Source: Eledone cirrhosa (lineage: Eukaryota). Taken from it: DNA of 28,101 bases. This document shows positions 22,203 to 28,101 of this stretch, in pieces. Within the stretch, counting starts at the first letter, position 1, and each line of letters starts with the position of its first letter. The notes below the pieces were generated by a model. That model did no database searches, was not told the DNA's origin, and saw only the letters and a list, made by a program, of their open reading frames with translations. The stretch is from the NCBI GenBank assembly GCA_964016885.1, contig CAXHJY010001035.1, positions 1 through 28,101 on the forward strand. The letters run 5' to 3'. A program made the translations under genes and the position numbers.

Positions 22203-24854
22203 TCATCATCATCATCATCACCGTTTTACGTCCGTTCTTCCACGCTAGCATGGGTTAGACGGGTTGTCCTGTTGTGGGCAGTGTCTGGTCGGCTGACCAT
22301 GCCTTGCTCATACAGGAACTGATCTGGCTTGATTTCTACAGCTGGATGCCCTTCCTAACACCAACCTCATTTACAGTGAGTGCTGGGTGCTTTTTCGTGG
22401 CGCCTACACGTCCACTTTACAGTGTGGGCTGGGTGCTTTTTTGCCGTGGCACCTCCACGACCACCTTGCGGTGGGGGGGGGGGCATATTGTTTATATGCT
22501 TCAGCATGTACCCATGGGAGGTCGGGTACCCTGTATTACTGCGTGACGCCAGAAGTCACGGTCGTGTGTCATTGACTTTGAGAGGTGTAGTTGGGTAAGG
22601 TCGGCTTTTATCACCTCATCCCAAGTCATCTTGGGTCTCCCCACTCCGCGGTTTCCATCAACTTCTAGTGCTCTGCACCTTTTTATGCAGCTGTCATCCT
22701 TCATACGCATCACATGTCCATACCAGCGTAACCGCCTCTCCTGCACGCAGCATTTGATTCCTCTTATGCTCAGTCTCTCTCTCAATTCATTTATGCTTTG
22801 TCGTTCACGTATATTACTGTTACACATCCATCGGAGCATGCAGGCTTCGTTTCTCTCTAATCTACGTAGGTCTTCCACCTTCAGCGCCCAGGTCTCACTA
22901 CCATGCAACATCGCTGTTCGGATACACGCATCATACAGTCTGCCTTTCATTCTGAGGGAGAAGCCTTTTGCAGCTAGCAGTGGTAGTAGTTCCCTAAACT
23001 TCTTCCATCCCGTTCTTACCCTAGTTATTGTACTTTCTGAGCACCCACCTCCGTTGCTAATTCGGTCACCTAGGTAGCAGAAGCTGTCTACTGTTTCTAC
23101 AGGGCCCTCCCAGAGATTGGTGGTACTTGTTTCCTGTGGCTGTTTGCTTGCTGTTTCAGCACAGCTGCTGCATGTGAATCCTACATTCTTAATTAAGCTT
23201 CCTGAGATCCCGCTACATCTCTTGTGTCCCATTGTTTGCATTTGGGGCAAAGAATGGAGTTCCTACCTACACCTTTCCTACATACTGAGCAAGGCCATTT
23301 CCCTGAGGGGATCTGGGTTCTGTTTTCTCGTCTACTTATAAGGACCTTAGTCTTTGTCATGTTGACTTTGAGGCCCTTTCTCTCTAGTCCCTGCTTCCAG
23401 GTTTGGAATTTATTCTCTAGTTCTACCATAGATTCAGCTATGAGTGCGAGGTCATCAGCATACAGGAGTTCCCATGGGCATCCGGTCTTAAACTCCTCCG
23501 TTATTGCCTGCAGGACTATGATGAACAGGAGAGGGCTAAGAACAGAGCCCTGGTGGACCCCAACCTGTACGCTAAATTCCTCGTTATACTCATTGCCAAT
23601 CCTAACTTTGCTGACTGCTCCCCTATACATGGCTTGTACCGCTTTCACAAGCCATTCATCTACTCCTAGTTTTCTAAGAGCCCACCAGATTACTGCACGT
23701 GGAACTCTGTCAAAGGCTTTCTCAAGGTCGACAAATGCCAAGTAGAGTGGCTTACTTTTAGCTAGGTACTTTTCCTGTAATTGCCTCACAAGGAAGAGCG
23801 CATCAGTGGTGCCTTTCCCTGGAACAAACCCAAATTGCATCTCGTCTATATTCACCCGGTCCCTAATCAGCTGTGCTATAACTCTTTCTGTTACTTTCAT
23901 GACCTGGTCCATCAACTTTATACCTCTATAGTTTCCTCTATCTAGTGCATCGCCTTTACCTTTGTAGCAGTTGACAATGATGCTACTGCACCAATCTTTT
24001 GGTATGGCCCCCTCTAGTATTACCTGGTTAACGATACGTGTGGTTATAGTGTGACCTACAGACCCAGATGCCTTCAGCATCTCGGCAGCTATACCCGATG
24101 GACCGGTTGCCTTCCCTATCTTCATATCTCTGATTGCCTTACTTACTACGCTGCCGCTGACTTGTACTGCTGGTCCCTCTATAGGGTCTACGTGGGGTAG
24201 GGTCTCTTCTTCCCATGCATTCTCCTCATTTAGTAATCTATCATAATGACTCTTCCATGCATCTTTCTTCTCAGCACTTGTGAGGGCAAGCTCACCTTTA
24301 TCATTCCGGATACACTTCTCTCCAATGACATCACAACTATCTCTGACACACTGCCTCGCAATCTTGAATACCTCCTGTTTCTGGTCCTCACGTTGTAAAA
24401 CATGCTTGAATTTTCTATCCTCTGCTTCCCTCCTAGCTAAGTATACTTGTCGCCTAGCTTCCCTCTTGGTCTCTATGTAATGTACCCTGCTCCCCCCGTT
24501 CTTCCATTCTTTCCATGCCTGTCTCTTGGCCTTGACTGCTTCATCTACCTTATTGTTCCACCACCAAGTCACTCTCCTCCTGCTTGAGGTCTTACTCCAG
24601 CCACAAACCTCATCCGTCGCCTCTAGTAAGTTATTTTTTAGGAACTCCCAGTTCTCTTCTACGTTAAATGTCTCTATCTGTTCTTCTTTACTGTCGTAGG
24701 CGTTGAGTAAAATATCTTTAAATCTGTTACTGGTTGAGGGGACTTTCAGCTTCCAGATCTTTCTTCTCCAGGTTGGCCTCTGTTTCAGGGCTCGTCTAGT
24801 TCTGACCGTGAGGTCGCTGACAACTAAGCTATGTTGGGATGTACATTCCTCACT
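22203..24854 (-). mobile_element. RTE-clade non-LTR retrotransposon (LINE), 5'-truncated, young copy
   Basis: The minus frame is open from 24854 (SEECTSQHSLVVSDL, end of the APE endonuclease) through RT motifs (NYRGIKL, QFGF.PG, FVDLEKAFD, GVHQGSVLSPLLF, LLYADD) to the RTE C-terminus (RRLRWYGHVMR, GRPK.TW, DR..WR) and a stop at 22501. The 3' UTR ends in a (GAT)n tail at ~22203. (TA)n flanks both sides. Confidence 0.95.
22501..24854 (-). pseudogene. RTE ORF (endonuclease tail, reverse transcriptase, PHD-like finger, C-terminal domain) with one 1-bp frameshift near 23227/23228
   Basis: ORFs 23193..24572 and 22501..23250 join as ...CPKCKQW[x]HKRCSG... if one base is restored after TGG G. I saw no internal stops. 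Confidence 0.9.
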
Positions 24855-24917
24855 AATATATATATATATATTTCGTTTCTGAATTTGTTTAGCAAGATTC
24901 TTCGTGTGTTGAAACCG

Positions 24918-25217
24918 ATATTGTTATACTTTGGGAGGGTCATGTTGCCAATAAGAAACACACGCACCAGTTGCTTTCACTTCAATTTATTATAATAAAT
25001 TTATAATAAATTTATAAATTTCTGGTTGGTTGGTTGGTTCCTCAACCAGATAGTTGTTTATATATTGTCATATATAAACAACTATCTGGTTGAGGAACCA
25101 ACCAACCAACCAGAAATTTATAAATTTATTATAAATTTATTATAATAAATTGAAGTGAAAGCAACTGGTGCGTGTGTTTCTTATTGGCAACATGACCCTC
25201 CCAAAGTATAACAATAT
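24918..25217. repeat. Perfect 300-bp palindrome (148-bp arms, 4-nt spacer TGTC at 25066-25069)
   Basis: Arms 24918-25065 and 25070-25217 are reverse complements. The left arm extends ~45 bp further to a (TA)n tract, and the right arm runs into (TA)n. Confidence 0.95.
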
Positions 25218-25591
25218 ATATATATATATATATATTTGTATATGTCCTTAGAAACATTGGATGTAAAGGGTTAATAATAACTGGTGATTGTTTTATTGTT
25301 ATTTCACAATATTCAAGAAAAAGTTCTGCACCCATATGACTTAGATAGTAGAACAACTGTAAAGAGTTTCCTTTGTTGGTTAGCATGGTTGTTGTTGTTG
25401 CTGTTGTTGCCTAGCACTAGATCAATCCACATTGAGTAGACATACCGTACGATTAAAGGTGTTGAAGCTATGATCACCGAATCTTTTTTTAAAAGTTTGT
25501 GTTCCATCCTTATCTAAGATGGTAGGATGTAATTTGTGAGAGATTTGGTTGCTATTTCTAACAGGTGAATTGACCAATGACAAATAGATAG

Positions 25592-25623
<32 letters not shown>

Positions 25624-25725
25624 ATTGATAGACAGATATATTGATAGATAGATGAAATGAAAAGAAAGGGGAGACACATGAGGCTGATGAGAAAGTCATG
25701 TCGGAAATATTCGGTAATGACTTAC

Positions 25726-25814
25726 CCAACTGAGGCAGCTAAGCTAAGCTAGCTAACAGGCTAGCTATGCGTCACCAAGTAACCTGTCACTCAGGTGCAA
25801 TGGAAGAATGCACT
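25726..25814 (-). other. Candidate 89-nt non-coding exon (5' UTR or lncRNA)
   Basis: Minus-strand acceptor ttgtctttctttactcag| and donor GG|gtaagt, with stops in all three frames. Confidence 0.4.
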
Positions 25815-25854
25815 CTGAGTAAAGAAAGACAACCCTTTGACACTGGTGATTAAC

Positions 25855-26294
25855 CTGTGGTGGTGGTGAAGCTGGTGGAGATAGTAGTGGTGGTGGATGT
25901 GGTGGAGGTGGTGGTGGTGGTGGAGGAGGCTGTGGTAATAGTGATGATGATAACAATTGTTGTGGTGGTTTAGTGGTTGTAATTGTGAGAGGATCATTGT
26001 TGTTTGTGGATGTGATGGTGGTGGATGTGATGGTGATGGAATGTGTTTGTGGTGGTGGTGGTGGTTTATATGATGGTGGTGGTTTATATGATGGTGGTAA
26101 TAGAAGTGGTTGTGCTATTAGTACTGGTACAGTAGCAATGATGGTCATGGATTAAAGGGTAGCCATAGGGGTAATCATTGTTGGGGGTGACTTTATGGGA
26201 GAATGAGATGGTTATTGTGGGAGGGGTGGTAGTGGTGATAGGGGTTTGATGACAGGTAATGACAGTATGGCTGATGGAATGTTTCCTGATGATG

Positions 26295-26372
<78 letters not shown>

Positions 26373-26465
26373 ATGGTGATGCTGGTAAAGGCAGTGGTGA
26401 TGGTGAAGGTGATAATGGTGTTTGTGGCAATGATAGAGATGTGAGTCATAGTGGTGTTGGTGGGT
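25855..26465. repeat. Low-complexity GGT/GAT region including a pure (AGT)n run at ~26305-26371
   Basis: Direct inspection. Confidence 0.9.
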
Positions 26466-27169
26466 AAAACTCTCCCTCTCCTCCCCAAACAGAATGCCAG
26501 GTAAAATGTTTGTAACTGGAAAATACACAGAGACATAAGACATAGAGAGGGAGAGAGAGAGAGGGGGGGAGTGAGGGGGGAGAAAGACAGGGGTGAGTGA
26601 ATGAGACAGGTAGTGTAAGAAAGGGCATAACACATACTGCAAAGTGTGTTTTTGTGTGTATGAAAGCCTCAGATTATGTGAGTGTGATGGTGTGTAACTA
26701 TGTTATGGTTCTCTATCTGAAGTAACCGGAACATTCACATCTGCTTTAGTAGCCTTCCTCCACTCCCTTCCTGATCTAAGTGCCATTCACCACCTTCCAC
26801 CTAGGTGTCTTTGCTCAAAACTACCCCCAACCCTTCTTTCCATGTCCTCCATTCCCCACTCACTAACCTGTCAAACCCCAACTTCACTCACTTCCCAATG
26901 ACAGTACACTAGAAGCAGGTGAGTCTGTGCGGTGTGGAAGGGTGGAGAGCAACAGCCTCTCTTCAAATATTGGTATTGCTGTCATCATCATCATCATCAT
27001 CATCATTGCTGTTTTCTATCATCAGTGGTATCATTACTATTTTCACCTCCATCATCATCATCACCATCATTATCATTATCACCATGACCACCACCACCAC
27101 CATCATCATTGTAATCATTATCTTAATTAACCTTTAATTAACACTGCAATCACTTCATGATTCCTATTT

Positions 27170-28045
27170 CTACTATCACTATCACCACCACTACTATCAC
27201 CACCACTATCACCACCACTACTATCACCACCACTACTATCACTATCACCACCACTACTATCACTTTCACCACCACTACTATCACTATCACCACCACTACT
27301 ATCACTTTCACCATCACTACTATCACCACCACTACTATCACTTTCACCACCACTACTATCACTATCACCACCACTACTATCACTATCACCACCACTACTA
27401 TCACTTTCACCACCACTACTATCACTATCACCACCACTACTATCACTTTCACCATCACTACTATCACCACCACTACTATCACTTTCACCACCACTACTAT
27501 CACTATCACCACCACTACTATCACTATCACCACCACTACTATCACTTTCACCACCACTACTATCACTATCACCACCACTACTATCACTTTCACCATCACT
27601 ACTATCACCACCACTACTATCACTTTCACCACCACTACTATCACTATCACCACCACTACTATCACTATCACCACCACTACTATCACTTTCACCACCACTA
27701 CTATCACTATCACCACCACTACTATCACTTTCACCATCACTACTATCACCACCACTACTATCACTTTCACCACCACTACTATCACTATCACCACCCCATT
27801 ACTATCACTATCACCACCACTACTATCACTTTCACCACCACTACTATCACTATTCACATCACCACACTACTATCACTATCACCACCACTACTATCACTTT
27901 CACCACCACTACTATCACTTTCACCTATCACTACTATCACCACACTATCACTATCACCACCACTACTATCACTATCACCACACTACTATCACCACCACTA
28001 CTATCATTTTCACCACCACTACTATCACCACTATTACTATTACTA
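27170..28045. repeat. ACC/ACT/ATC minisatellite of 21-bp subunits with a 141-bp higher-order repeat
   Basis: The marker actttcaccatcact occurs at 27304, 27445, 27586 and 27727 (141-bp spacing). Confidence 0.92.
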
Positions 28046-28101
28046 GGCCTACCTTCTTTCATCATCATCATCACAACTACCAACACCAGTAGCCCTCCTA
28101 C

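Noticed and set aside
22631-23745. Plus-strand ORFs of 148 and 173 aa
   Set aside because: Antisense shadows of the RTE coding region.
25684-25712. CTGATGA...GAAA motif
   Set aside because: No pairing for stems I, II or III.
26914-26924. Strong plus-strand donor CAG|GTGAGT
   Set aside because: No credible upstream acceptor or open exon. The neighbouring sequence looks like a decayed LINE remnant.
27157-28092. Thr-rich mucin-like ORF (also 449..1300 on minus)
   Set aside because: Pure trinucleotide-derived repeat that is open on both strands, with no signal peptide, splice context or non-repetitive domain.

Overview
AT-rich eukaryotic non-coding DNA, probably intronic or intergenic, dense in microsatellites ((TA)n, (CA)n, (CATA)n, (GA)n, (GAA)n) and transposon remnants. 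The repeat content looks like an octopod cephalopod genome (my recognition, not tested). The only real coding sequence is retroelement-derived: a young 5'-truncated RTE-clade LINE (minus, ~22203-24854; RT with a C4HC3 PHD-like insert and one frameshift), older RTE fragments, a Tx1/L1-like RT fragment and a CR1-like 3' end. Also present are tRNA-derived SINEs (one family carries the RTE 3' tail), a non-autonomous Helitron, two TTAA piggyBac-type MITEs and two Tc1/mariner-type MITEs. Highlights: (1) an intact type I hammerhead ribozyme (3743-3790, minus) in the loop of a 95-bp-arm foldback, a second near-intact hammerhead (6623-6673) and degenerate ones, probably of Penelope-like origin; (2) a 10 x 99-bp array with a 297-bp higher-order period born from inside a dead Tx1 RT gene; (3) a perfect 300-bp palindrome with a 4-nt spacer; (4) RTE LINE/SINE insertions that sit in (TA)n tracts. 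Weak splice-signal evidence suggests a minus-strand host transcript. Most ORFs in the supplied track are microsatellite artefacts.
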